Origin: an uncultured delta proteobacterium
GTDB lineage: Bacteria; Desulfobacterota; WTBG01
DNA: 64,000 bases
Assembly (NCBI GenBank): GCA_963793865.1
Contig: CAWCBP010000008.1
Span: forward strand, 608,001-672,000
Direction of reading: 5' to 3'
Below are positions 19,695-29,235 of this stretch, piece by piece (position 1 is the first letter of the stretch; each line of letters opens with the position of its first letter). A model generated the notes under the pieces. It ran no database searches, was not told where the DNA came from, and saw nothing but the letters and a program-made list of their open reading frames with translations. The position numbers and the translations under genes are program-made.

Positions 19695-20504
19695 ATGGGC
19701 ATGGAAGAGGGATTGAAGCGGTTTGCGGGAAAGACAGTTCTGATAACCGGCGCGGGAAGCGGCATCGGCCGGGGCATTTCGCTTCGGCTGGCGCAGGAAG
19801 GAGCGGACATCGCCGTTTCTGATCTTGTCGCCGAAAGGGTGCAGGAGACGGTGCAGATGGTTGAGGCATGCGGTCAGAAGGCGCTGGCCCTGCCGGCTGA
19901 CGTGGGCAATTTACAGGAGATGGAGGGGGCGGCGCACAAGGCCATCGAGGTTTTCGGCAAGATTGACATTCTGGTCAATAATGCGGGAACCGGCGATACC
20001 AACATGTCCTTTGAGGACATTGAGCCCGAACTCTGGGACAGAGTTTATGCCACCAATGTGAGAGGACCTTTTTTCCTCACCAAGGTCATCGCCAAAGACA
20101 TGATCAGCAGGGGGATCAAGGGCAGGATAATCAACATCGCCTCCACGGAAGGAAAGACAAACCGGGCGGGAAGCCTCGCCTATGCCTCCTCCAAAAGTGC
20201 CTTAATCGGTCTTACCCAGGGGCTGGCCATTCAGTTTTCCCCCTATGATATAACCGTCAATGCCGTCTGCCCGGGACTGATTGACACGCCTATCTGGCAC
20301 CGTGGTGACAAGGTGATGGAACTCCCTCCGGGCAGCATGATTAAAATGGTGGTGGACACGGCCATCGAGCAGCGGCTGCTGAAGATAGCGCGGGTCGGCA
20401 CACCGGATGATATCGCCGGGGCAGTCTCTTTTCTTGCCTCGGAGGATGCGTCCTACATGACCGGCCAGGCGCTCAATGTCTGCGGCGGCATGGAATTCCA
20501 TTAG
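19695..20504 (+). CDS. Classical SDR oxidoreductase
   Basis: TGAGSGIG, NNAG, YASSK, NAVCPG, YMTGQ.LNVCGG. Confidence 0.92.
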   Translation: MGMEEGLKRFAGKTVLITGAGSGIGRGISLRLAQEGADIAVSDLVAERVQETVQMVEACGQKALALPADVGNLQEMEGAAHKAIEVFGKIDILVNNAGTGDTNMSFEDIEPELWDRVYATNVRGPFFLTKVIAKDMISRGIKGRIINIASTEGKTNRAGSLAYASSKSALIGLTQGLAIQFSPYDITVNAVCPGLIDTPIWHRGDKVMELPPGSMIKMVVDTAIEQRLLKIARVGTPDDIAGAVSFLASEDASYMTGQALNVCGGMEFH

Positions 20505-20838
20505 CAGGCTGTTGAAAAACACCAATCGATTTGTGGCTCAAGGGGGAGGGGCTTTGAAGCCACAACAATGTGTTTTTAGGCTTACGGCACGACCCGTTGC
20601 CTTACGAATTAAACCGCAGACAGGCGTCATGGACTTCGATAAAGCTACGGGTCTGTCGACAATAGCAGCTGTTGAATCCCATCTGCTGTAAAAACGCGTC
20701 CTTGTCTGGGTTTTGAAAGCCTGAAACCAGCAGGGAGATGCTGCCGTTCTACAGGTTCCGAATAATTTTGTTGTGGCTAAAAAGCCCCTCCCTTGAGCCT
20801 TTAACAGCCTTAAGGAAAACACTTTTTCAACAACCTGC
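20505..20838. mobile_element. MITE-like element (CAGGCTGTTGAAAAA termini) with nested IRs and ~200-nt insert
   Basis: 21-bp IR with one mismatch (CATTAGCAGGCTGTTGAAAAA 20499-20519 / TTTTTCAACAACCTGCTAATG 20823-20843); inner IR GGCTCAAGGGGGAGGGGCTTTGAAGCCACAACAA / TTGTTGTGGCTAAAAAGCCCCTCCCTTGAGCC. Relatives at 31632 and 62270. Confidence 0.75.
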
Positions 20839-21479
20839 TAATGTTGAGACCTGACCCCTCTAATGTGGTAGGCGAGAAGTGCTTCGAGCGATTTCTTTAC
20901 CTGCTTTCCAAATGAATTCTCACTTTCCTTGCGGGCGTAATCACTCACACCCTTGATGAGCTGAATGGGGATGCCGAAATTTCCGGCGACGAAGGCGTAC
21001 CCATACCCCTCCATGTCGACCAGGTGGGCGTAGCGCGCGGCGATACTGGCATCATCTTCAGTCAGGATGGGATGGTCGCTCGTGGCAAGGACTACTTCGC
21101 CCTCTGCCCGCTCATTCAGCCTGATCTCCGGGAAAGCGGACGTGAAGAACTTGTTGAACCGCGTTTTGGTGAATTCCACCGGATTGTATTTAACCACCCT
21201 GTCAACAGAGACGACCTCACCGAGTGAAAACCGTCCGGTTAAGGAGCCGGCTATCCCGTAATTGATTGCACGGGTAACCCGGTTTTCCCCCGTCTCATGC
21301 ATCTGCAGCGTGCGTGAAAGTGATACCGCCCCTTTCAGGAATCCCATGCCGGAAATGAGGAGCAGCAGCCCGTCCCCTCCATACGTGAGAGAGTGTCGAT
21401 GCGCTCCCAGACGGCTAAGCCGGTGGTAATCGATGAACGGCTGTGCCTCCAGCTCAGTGGCAAAGACCAGAAGCATCAT
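20838..21479 (-). CDS. Nucleosidase, PNP/UDP-1 family (MTAN/MqnB-like; probable aminofutalosine hydrolase)
   Basis: FATELEA, SGMG, NYGIAG, VDMEG, KGVSD; overlaps mqnD stop. Confidence 0.75.
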   Translation of the reverse strand: MMLLVFATELEAQPFIDYHRLSRLGAHRHSLTYGGDGLLLLISGMGFLKGAVSLSRTLQMHETGENRVTRAINYGIAGSLTGRFSLGEVVSVDRVVKYNPVEFTKTRFNKFFTSAFPEIRLNERAEGEVVLATSDHPILTEDDASIAARYAHLVDMEGYGYAFVAGNFGIPIQLIKGVSDYARKESENSFGKQVKKSLEALLAYHIRGVRSQH

Positions 21480-22273
21480 AGTGAAATCCCTTCCCCGAGC
21501 GAGAACAATTTCTCAAATGCCCTGTTTCCTTCACGGCCAAGTGACAGCGAGTACTCGTTGACATAGAGGTCGATGTGGCGGTTGAGCACTTCCGTCTCCA
21601 TCTCCTGGGCATGCTGCCTGATGAAAACGTAGAGAGGTGCATCGATGCATCCCTTTTCGGCCGAGGCTTTCAGGATGGACTCGCGCATCGCCGCGGTGAA
21701 ATCGCTGATGGTATCGGGAGGCAGGCTGCGCCGGGCAATAATTCCCCCGAGCGGCAGGGGCAGTCCTGTCTGCCCTTCCCACCAGACCCCCAGGTCCGCA
21801 ACTTCTTTCAGCCCGCAGCTTTTGTAAGTAAATCGTCCTTCATGAATGATGACCCCCAGGTCGATGCGCCCTTCTGACAGCGAGGGCATGATCCGGTTAA
21901 AGGGCATGAATTCCTTTTTGCCCCGGTTGTTCGCATAGAGGCTGTAAAGCAAATGCGCGGTGGTATGACGGCCGGGGATACCGATCCGCGCTTCGGACAG
22001 TGACGCTGGATATCCTTCCTCTCTGCTTACTATGAGCGGCCCGCAGTTCTTCCCCACCGCGGCACCAGCGTCGAGCAGCCGGTAGAAGTCCTGCACCTCG
22101 TATGCGGCATAGGATGAAGCCTTGGTGATGTCAAGCTCGTGGCGAAGCGCCATCCCGTTGAGTTCTTCAATGTCGGCAATGGTAAGGTCTATGTCGAAGC
22201 GACCGGCGTTGAGCAGGTGATAGAAGATGAAGGTGTCATTGGGGCAGGGCGATATGCCCACTTTTAGTTTCAC
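21476..22273 (-). CDS. mqnD: 1,4-dihydroxy-6-naphthoate synthase
   Basis: SPCPNDTFIF, DIEELN, G...GP, TTA.LL, IIHEGRFTY, DLG.WW...TGLPLPLG, HIDLYVN. Confidence 0.95.
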   Translation of the reverse strand: MKLKVGISPCPNDTFIFYHLLNAGRFDIDLTIADIEELNGMALRHELDITKASSYAAYEVQDFYRLLDAGAAVGKNCGPLIVSREEGYPASLSEARIGIPGRHTTAHLLYSLYANNRGKKEFMPFNRIMPSLSEGRIDLGVIIHEGRFTYKSCGLKEVADLGVWWEGQTGLPLPLGGIIARRSLPPDTISDFTAAMRESILKASAEKGCIDAPLYVFIRQHAQEMETEVLNRHIDLYVNEYSLSLGREGNRAFEKLFSLGEGISL

Positions 22274-22525
22274 GGCCTGATCCTGAAAGAAGGCGGCATG
22301 TGCAGTGCGCTACTGCTTGCATTTCTGCTGTATGTATGGTAGCTTTTTTCCTACATTTAATGCCAATAACAGCCGTTGAGATATTTGCAATTCCGGTAGG
22401 AGCGCATTCATGCGCGATATAGTTCGCGGCGTAAAGCCGCTCCTACCAGCCGCAAGAAGTCCCGGGAGAGAATTTCCCGCAATTATATATGTAAGAATCC
22501 TGTAATTACAACAGTAAAGTGCCGT

Positions 22526-23962
22526 ATGAGCTTCAACAGTTTTCAGGAATTTCTTCGCCATCTGGAGGAGCAGGGCGAGCTGGTAAGAATTTCAGCCGAG
22601 GTCTCGGCGGAGCTGGAGATAACCGAGATCACCGACCGGGTTACCAAGGCGCAGGGTAAGGCGCTGCTGTTCGAAAGGGTGAGGGGTTCCCGCTTTCCCG
22701 TCGTGACCAATGCCTTCGGGAGCTTCAAACGGGTTGCCATGGCGCTCGGCCGGCCTCCCGATGAGATTGCCCGGAAGATTGAGTCGCTCATCACCCTGAA
22801 GGTGCCTCAGGGAATTATGGATAAAATGAAGCTGCTGCCGCGGCTGCTCGAGCTTGCCAAGATACCGCCTAAAATGGTGAGCAGCGCGCCCTGCCAGGAG
22901 GTGGTGCATACCGAGCCGGATCTCTCCATCATCCCCGCCCTCAAGTGCTGGCCCCGGGACGCGGGTAAATTTATAACCCTCCCCCTGGTGGTTACCAAAT
23001 CGCCCGAAGACGGGACCCGCAATATCGGCATGTACCGCATCCAGATATACGACAGGAACACCACCGGCATGCACTGGCAGATACACAAGGACGGGCGAAG
23101 CCATTTTTCCCAGTACGCCAGGGCCAAAAAGCGGATGGAGGCCGCCGTGATCATCGGCGGCGATCCCGCTACCATCTATGCCGCAACCGCACCGCTTCCG
23201 CCGGGGATTGATGAACTTCTCTTTGCCGGGTTTATCAGAAACAGGGGGGTGGAAATCGTCAGGTGTAAAACAATTGACCTTGAAGTGCCGGCGGAGGCGG
23301 AATTCGTCATAGAGGGGTATCTCGATCCTGACGAGAGGAGGACCGAGGGGCCTTTCGGAGACCACACCGGATTTTACTCGCCCGCGGAAGACTACCCGGT
23401 ATTTCACGTGACCTGCATAACCCACCGCAAAAATCCTGTATATCCCGCCACGGTTGTGGGACCTCCCCCCATGGAAGACGCCTTTCTTGCCAAGGCGACC
23501 GAGCGCATTTTTCTTCCCCTCATCAGAACCGTCGTCCCCGAGCTGGTTGACATGAACCTTCCCGTGGAAGGGGCGTTTCACAACTGCGCCATTGTTTCCA
23601 TTAACAAGTCCTATCCCATGCAGGCACAAAAGGTGATGCACGCGCTCTGGGGAATGGGCCAGATGATGAACACCAAGATGATCATCGCGGTCGACGGGGA
23701 TGTGAACGTGCAGGACCTGCGCGAAGTCTCCTGGAAGGCATTCAACAATGTTGATCCGGCACGGGACCTTACCATTACCGCCGGTCCCCTTGACGCCCTC
23801 GACCATTCCTCGCCCTATCCCCTGCGCGGCTCCAAGGTAGGGGTCGACGCAACCCGGAAAATCGAGGGAGAGACCGGCCGTGCATGGCCTGAAGAAATCA
23901 GGATGAGTGAAGAGATCATACGGCTGGTGGGTGATAAATGGAACGAGTATGGCATTCCTTAA
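22526..23962 (+). CDS. ubiD: UbiD-family decarboxylase (menaquinone/futalosine pathway, MqnL-type)
   Basis: LEITEI.DR, KCWPRDAG.FIT, N.GMYR, HWQIHK, EGPFGDHTGFY, LDH.S. Confidence 0.92.
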   Translation: MSFNSFQEFLRHLEEQGELVRISAEVSAELEITEITDRVTKAQGKALLFERVRGSRFPVVTNAFGSFKRVAMALGRPPDEIARKIESLITLKVPQGIMDKMKLLPRLLELAKIPPKMVSSAPCQEVVHTEPDLSIIPALKCWPRDAGKFITLPLVVTKSPEDGTRNIGMYRIQIYDRNTTGMHWQIHKDGRSHFSQYARAKKRMEAAVIIGGDPATIYAATAPLPPGIDELLFAGFIRNRGVEIVRCKTIDLEVPAEAEFVIEGYLDPDERRTEGPFGDHTGFYSPAEDYPVFHVTCITHRKNPVYPATVVGPPPMEDAFLAKATERIFLPLIRTVVPELVDMNLPVEGAFHNCAIVSINKSYPMQAQKVMHALWGMGQMMNTKMIIAVDGDVNVQDLREVSWKAFNNVDPARDLTITAGPLDALDHSSPYPLRGSKVGVDATRKIEGETGRAWPEEIRMSEEIIRLVGDKWNEYGIP

Positions 23963-24785
23963 GCTGATACGGGTCAGGGAAACGGTTTTTTCCCTGCCGC
24001 TCGCCTATATAGGAATGCTGATGGTGGCGGAGGCCCTGCCGCCTCCGCGGACCTGGATCTTCGTGACCACGGCCCTGGTGAGCGCGCGAACACTGGGGAT
24101 GTGCCTCAACAGGATACTGGATAAGGCTCTGGACGCGCAAAACCCCCGCACGGCGCACCGGCTGCTTCCCTCGGGAGAAATGACGGTGTCCGCCGTGCTC
24201 CCGTATGTGGCGGGGTCCGCCATCGTTTTTGTGGTGTCCGCCTACCTTCTCAACCCGCTCTGCTTTTACCTTTCATTCCCCGCGCTTTTCATGCTGCTCA
24301 CCTATTCGCTGGTGAAGCGGTTTTCCTCGCTCTCCCATTTCCACCTCGGCCTGACCGAGGCCTGCGCCCCCATAGGCGGAGCGCTGGCGGTCGATCCCCG
24401 GTTTACACTGCCGGTTCTGCTCATGGGGTGCTACATGATCTTCTGGATCGCGGGGTTTGACATCATCTACTCCTGCCAGGACCGGGAGTTTGACCGGACG
24501 CACCGCCTTTTTTCCATCCCCGTGCGCTATGGGCTGAAGAAGACGCTTGCCATCTCGGCGGTGCTGCACGCTGCCGCGGTTGTCCTGCTGATCCTGATCG
24601 GCTTGATTATTAAGGCGCATCCGCTGTACTTTGTCCCCCTGCTGGCGGTCTGCGGCTTTTTTATCCGGCAGCACACCCTGGTCTCGGCATCCGATCTGAG
24701 CAGGCTGCAGGTGGCGTTTTTCAGCATGAATCGCAATATCTCCTTCGCGGTGCTGCTCGCCTTCCTGCTCAATTTTATTTTTTAG
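23949..24785 (+). CDS. mqnP: UbiA-like prenyltransferase (MqnP)
   Basis: NRILD..LD..NPRT..R.LP, YS..KRF, GFDIIYSCQDREFD; multi-TM. Confidence 0.9.
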   Translation: MAFLKLIRVRETVFSLPLAYIGMLMVAEALPPPRTWIFVTTALVSARTLGMCLNRILDKALDAQNPRTAHRLLPSGEMTVSAVLPYVAGSAIVFVVSAYLLNPLCFYLSFPALFMLLTYSLVKRFSSLSHFHLGLTEACAPIGGALAVDPRFTLPVLLMGCYMIFWIAGFDIIYSCQDREFDRTHRLFSIPVRYGLKKTLAISAVLHAAAVVLLILIGLIIKAHPLYFVPLLAVCGFFIRQHTLVSASDLSRLQVAFFSMNRNISFAVLLAFLLNFIF

Positions 24786-24850
24786 CAGGCGGTGGGATTT
24801 CTCTGACGTAAGGGTAGGAGCGGCTTTCAGCCGCGAATAAATAGACTGCT

Positions 24851-25933
24851 ATGGACAGCGACCTTCTTCGCATCAAGGAAAAAGTAACCTCAGGCGAGCG
24901 GCTTGACGCCCGGGACGGTCTCGCCCTCTTTTCCACGGATGACCTCTTCGGGTTGGGAAAGCTTGCCAATATCGTCAAGGAAAGGCTGCACGGGAACAGG
25001 GTCTATTTCGGCGTCAGCCTCAACATCAATCACACCAACATCTGCATGTTGCGCTGCCCCATCTGTGCGTTCTCAACCGACGAGGGCGCGCCTGACGCCT
25101 TTCTCCTCTCGCAGGAAGAAATTGTGGAGCGGGTCGCTGCTGCTCATTCCCGCGGTGTCTCCGAGGTGCACATCGTGGGGGGATTGCACCGGGACATCAG
25201 CCTGGCATATTTTACCCGGCTTTTCAGCCGGCTGCGGCAGCTCGACCCCCTGCTGAATATCAACGCGCTTACCGCAACTGAATGCGATTACCTGAGCAGG
25301 AAGGAGCAGGTGCCCCTTCCCGAACTCTTTGCCAGTCTCAAGGAATCCGGTTTGGGCAGCATGCCCGGCGGCGGCGCAGAAATCCTGGACGACACGATAC
25401 GGGGGGTGATAACGCCCTTAAAAATCGGAAGCTACCGCTGGCTGGAGGTGAGCAGGGAGGCGCACCTGGCAGGCATCAGGACCAATGCCACCATGCTCTG
25501 GGGTCATGTCGAGTCTTACCAGGACCGGATTCAGCACATGCTCAGGCTGCGTGTCCTGCAGGACGAGACGGGCGGCTTTAAGGCCTTTGTTCCGCTCATC
25601 TTTCATCCCGACAACACCCGCCTGTCCCATCTTAAAAAGGTGAGCAGCGCCGCGGAAATGCTCAAGGTCTACGCTGTGAGCAGACTGATGCTTGATAACT
25701 TTGCGCACATAAAGGCACTGTGGATGTACCTCGGACTCAAGTTTGCCGGCGTGACTCTCCGCTTCGGGGCGGATGACATGGGAGGCACTTCCTTCGATGA
25801 GCGGATCGTGCATGCGGCGGGGTCGACGTCGAGTGTTGCTTCCAAAGATGCGCTGGTGCATCAGATTCGCTCCATGGGCCTTGTCCCTTGCGAGGCGGAT
25901 TCAAATTACCGGATGACGGATAAAGATGCGTAA
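24851..25933 (+). CDS. mqnE: Aminofutalosine synthase (radical SAM)
   Basis: NHTNICMLRCPICAF (CX3CX2C), EVHIVGG.H, PGGGAEI, NATML.GH.E, H.KA.W. Confidence 0.9.
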   Translation: MDSDLLRIKEKVTSGERLDARDGLALFSTDDLFGLGKLANIVKERLHGNRVYFGVSLNINHTNICMLRCPICAFSTDEGAPDAFLLSQEEIVERVAAAHSRGVSEVHIVGGLHRDISLAYFTRLFSRLRQLDPLLNINALTATECDYLSRKEQVPLPELFASLKESGLGSMPGGGAEILDDTIRGVITPLKIGSYRWLEVSREAHLAGIRTNATMLWGHVESYQDRIQHMLRLRVLQDETGGFKAFVPLIFHPDNTRLSHLKKVSSAAEMLKVYAVSRLMLDNFAHIKALWMYLGLKFAGVTLRFGADDMGGTSFDERIVHAAGSTSSVASKDALVHQIRSMGLVPCEADSNYRMTDKDA

Positions 25934-26759
25934 ACTGGCGGTAGGTCAGATAAACTACGTCAATAGCTATCCCCTTTTTTACACCATTATCCGGGAGCGT
26001 GATTCCCTTCCCTTTGATGTGGTGACCGGAGTTCCGGCTGTCCTGAACGCGATGATGCGGAGGGGCGAGCTGGATGTGTCCCTTGTCTCCTCGTTTGAAT
26101 ATACCCAGGCGCAGGACCGGTATCTCATTCACCGGGACTTCTGCCTGGCTTCGGTCGGCTACGTCAATTCCGTCCTGCTCGTCTCCGGCAGGGCCATTGA
26201 GGATTTGAACGGAGCCGCCATCGGGCTCAGTCCGGCGAGCGGTACCAGCAGCAATCTTATTCGCATCATACTGAAGGAGTTCTATGGTTTTACCAACCAC
26301 TTTCGCCCTGTCGCGGACCCTGCTGATTTTAGCGGGAGCCTGAAGGCGCATGATGCCGTTCTCATGATCGGGGATGATGCCCTGCGGTTTGACGGGCGGG
26401 ATAACTGCCGTGTGTATGATATCGGCAAGCTCTGGACGGAGAAGACCGGGCATCCGGTGGTATTTGCCGTCGTTGCGGTCAATGCCGTTTCTGCAGCTGA
26501 AAAGAAGGACCTGCTCAGTCTCTTTTTTCAGAAGCTCAACCAGTCCCACGAGTTCTTTGCGGGGCACCCGGAAGAGATTGCCGCGTATGCCCGATCCCGA
26601 AGCACGCTCGCGCTTAACTTCGGTGAATATTATTCCCATCTCACCTACAAGTTCACCCCTGAGCTGAAAGCAGGGCTGCTGTACTACTACCGGATGCTGG
26701 CCAAGCACGACCTCGCGCCGCCGGTGGAGAGGATACGGTACTATGATGAAAAAGCGTAA
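25926..26759 (+). CDS. mqnA: Chorismate dehydratase
   Basis: I.Y.N..P, PA.LN..., SS.EY, V.SV, S.TS, IGDDAL, D.G..W...TG.P.VFA. Confidence 0.92.
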   Translation: MRKLAVGQINYVNSYPLFYTIIRERDSLPFDVVTGVPAVLNAMMRRGELDVSLVSSFEYTQAQDRYLIHRDFCLASVGYVNSVLLVSGRAIEDLNGAAIGLSPASGTSSNLIRIILKEFYGFTNHFRPVADPADFSGSLKAHDAVLMIGDDALRFDGRDNCRVYDIGKLWTEKTGHPVVFAVVAVNAVSAAEKKDLLSLFFQKLNQSHEFFAGHPEEIAAYARSRSTLALNFGEYYSHLTYKFTPELKAGLLYYYRMLAKHDLAPPVERIRYYDEKA

Positions 26760-27795
26760 ACCCGCCGGGATGGGAAGAGAGGGAGCACTGTCGCTCTTCA
26801 GGGAGGATATCTACACCCTGGCGGAGCAGGCCACTGCCATGAAGCGGGCGGTTCTGGGACCCCGTGCTGAGTACGCCTGTTTTATCATCGATAGAAACAT
26901 TAATTTTACCAACATCTGCTCTGCCCGCTGTAACTTCTGTGCCTTCTACCGCGATGGCGACGATCCCGAGGCATTTACCCTGAGCCTCGATCAAATTCTG
27001 GAAAAGGTGGGCGAACTGCAGCGGCTGGGAGGGACACAGGTGATGATCCAGGGCGGGCTGGACAAGCGCTTCGGTCTCTCTTTTTACAAGTCCATCATTG
27101 CCGCCATCAGGAAACAGTATCCATCCATCTACATTCATTCCTTCTCTCCCGCCGAGGTGAGCTACCTCTCGAAGACAGAAAACCGTCCCGTTTTGGACAT
27201 TCTCCGCGAGCTGAAGGATGCGGGACTGCAGTCGCTGCCCGGGGCCGCCGAGATACTGGTCGATGAGCACCGCAGGCTGGTGAGCCCGCACAAGCTCACC
27301 ACCGCCGAGTGGCTTGAGGTGATGGAGTGCGTGCACAAGGCGGGCATGCGGGCCACTGCGACCATGACCTTCGGCATGGGCGAGACGCTTGCGGACAGAA
27401 TTGAGCACCTCTTCCTTATCCGCGAGCTGCAGGACAGGACCGGCGTGTTCAGGGCATTCATTCCCTGGACGTTTTCAAAGCCCCATACCCGCCTCGAGGT
27501 AGAAGAAACCACGGGAGAGGATTATCTCAAAACGGTGGCGGTATCACGCCTGGTGCTCGATAATGTTGCCCATGTGCACGCGGGTTGGGTTACCGAGGGG
27601 TTTCAGCTTTCGGAGATGGCCCTGCGCATGGGGGCGAGCGACATGGGCGGCATACTGATGGAGGAGAACGTGGTGAAGGCGACCGGTACCACCTATACCA
27701 CCTCCCGGGAGCTCATGATAGAGGTGATAAAAAACGCCGGCCTCAAGCCGGCCATTCGCGACAGCGAGTACACTATAGTAAGGGAATGCGATTGA
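26743..27795 (+). CDS. mqnC: Cyclic dehypoxanthine futalosine synthase (radical SAM)
   Basis: IDRNINFTNICSARCNFCAFYR, QGG, PGAAEIL, TATM.FG, FIPWTF, WVT.G, MEENVV. Confidence 0.92.
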   Translation: MMKKRKPAGMGREGALSLFREDIYTLAEQATAMKRAVLGPRAEYACFIIDRNINFTNICSARCNFCAFYRDGDDPEAFTLSLDQILEKVGELQRLGGTQVMIQGGLDKRFGLSFYKSIIAAIRKQYPSIYIHSFSPAEVSYLSKTENRPVLDILRELKDAGLQSLPGAAEILVDEHRRLVSPHKLTTAEWLEVMECVHKAGMRATATMTFGMGETLADRIEHLFLIRELQDRTGVFRAFIPWTFSKPHTRLEVEETTGEDYLKTVAVSRLVLDNVAHVHAGWVTEGFQLSEMALRMGASDMGGILMEENVVKATGTTYTTSRELMIEVIKNAGLKPAIRDSEYTIVRECD

Positions 27796-27885
27796 AGTAG
27801 ATGAACCGCGATTATTGCACACGGATGATTGATTATTGTTGTTTCGTTTGTTAATATACCCCTGCTTGATTAACTGATTAGCTTC

Positions 27886-29220
27886 ATGGAGGGACAGAAA
27901 ATGTTCGACTGCGATGTGATGGTGGTGGGGTGCGGGCCGGCGGGTTTGATGGCGGTGGCTGAACTGAAGGAAAAGGGAATCAACGTGCTCGGTGTGGATA
28001 AGAAACCGCGGCTCGACGTCAACGTGAGATCCGCCTCGGGGTTTTTTATCGACGGCCAGGAGATGAACGGAGAATACATTCAACTGGAACCGCTTAAAGG
28101 GAAAACCAGGATTAATTTCACCACATGCGGATTCTCCCTTGAGTATTCAAGCCCCATGGAGGGAATCCATCATACGCACATGATTTCCAATACCGGAAGC
28201 CATTTTCAAGCCACCTCGCGGGTGAAACCGCTCTATCATACCTTTAATCCCACCACGTGGCTCTCCGATCGCTACAAGCGGGCGAAGGGGCTGGGCGTTC
28301 CCTTCCTGACCGGCACCCTGGCCATACGGGCGCAGGAAATACCGGGCGGGGTGGAGGTAACCTTGCGGGCTAAGGGTAAGGTCTTCACTAAAACCTGCAG
28401 GAAGCTTATAGCCTCCGATGGATTGCAGTCACGGATTACCAGGAATCTCGGTTTGAACCGGGAGCGTATCTTCTTCATGAAGGGGCCGACCATTGAATAC
28501 GAGATGATCAATGTTGAGTGCCCGCTCGACCGGGGGGATATGTACTTCACCGGCGAAAACAACCTCGGGTCGCCCGGCGGCCTCATTGCGGTTCCCAGTC
28601 CGCGCGGCGACGGCGCGTACCGGTTCGAGACCATGTCGGCCCTGCCGGGAAAAACCGGCTATGACATGATTGAATTCTTTACCACCAGGAGTCCCATGGC
28701 CGGCTGGTTCAGAAAGGCTGAAGTGGTGGAAAAAAGCGGTGCGATTGTTGAGGTGTTCACGCCCCTTAAAACCCCTTACCGTGGGAACATCCTGATCGTG
28801 GGTGATGCGGCCTGCTATGCCGAGTGTCTCTATCAGGGCGCCACCATGTGCGGGTACATGGCGGCCAAAGCTGCGGAGGAGGAACTGCAGGGCAAAAAAG
28901 GTTTCGTGGAATATGCCGGCTGGTGGAACTCAACCTTCGAGTGGAATAAGAATCCCAAACGCATGGCCGATTACGGCAAGCGCGTCTTCTTCAACCGCTT
29001 TTTCACCTCGGACGAGCTTGATTTCCTTTTCAACCTTACAAAGAAGTACCCCGTTATTGCAGATGAGCTGGGGGGAGGCGTGTACGATTACACCCACGTG
29101 ATCGCCGATTACTTCATCGGCCTTCCCGAGGTGCCGCAGGAACTAAAGGAAAGACTGAAAAAGATAAAAGAAGCGGACATGGGCCAAATCCAGGCCCTGG
29201 TCAGCAAGCGGAAGGATTAG
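27886..29220 (+). CDS. FAD-dependent oxidoreductase, GGR/FixC-like subfamily (paralogue 3)
   Basis: GCGPAG, IASDG, PYRGNILIVGDAACYAE; follows mqnC on the same strand. Confidence 0.88.
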   Translation: MEGQKMFDCDVMVVGCGPAGLMAVAELKEKGINVLGVDKKPRLDVNVRSASGFFIDGQEMNGEYIQLEPLKGKTRINFTTCGFSLEYSSPMEGIHHTHMISNTGSHFQATSRVKPLYHTFNPTTWLSDRYKRAKGLGVPFLTGTLAIRAQEIPGGVEVTLRAKGKVFTKTCRKLIASDGLQSRITRNLGLNRERIFFMKGPTIEYEMINVECPLDRGDMYFTGENNLGSPGGLIAVPSPRGDGAYRFETMSALPGKTGYDMIEFFTTRSPMAGWFRKAEVVEKSGAIVEVFTPLKTPYRGNILIVGDAACYAECLYQGATMCGYMAAKAAEEELQGKKGFVEYAGWWNSTFEWNKNPKRMADYGKRVFFNRFFTSDELDFLFNLTKKYPVIADELGGGVYDYTHVIADYFIGLPEVPQELKERLKKIKEADMGQIQALVSKRKD

Positions 29221-29235
29221 CAGAAGAAAACCAGG

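Noticed and set aside
20476..20822. Short ORFs inside the MITE as a transposase
   Set aside because: 71-94 aa, no DDE/HUH motifs; they span the inverted repeats.
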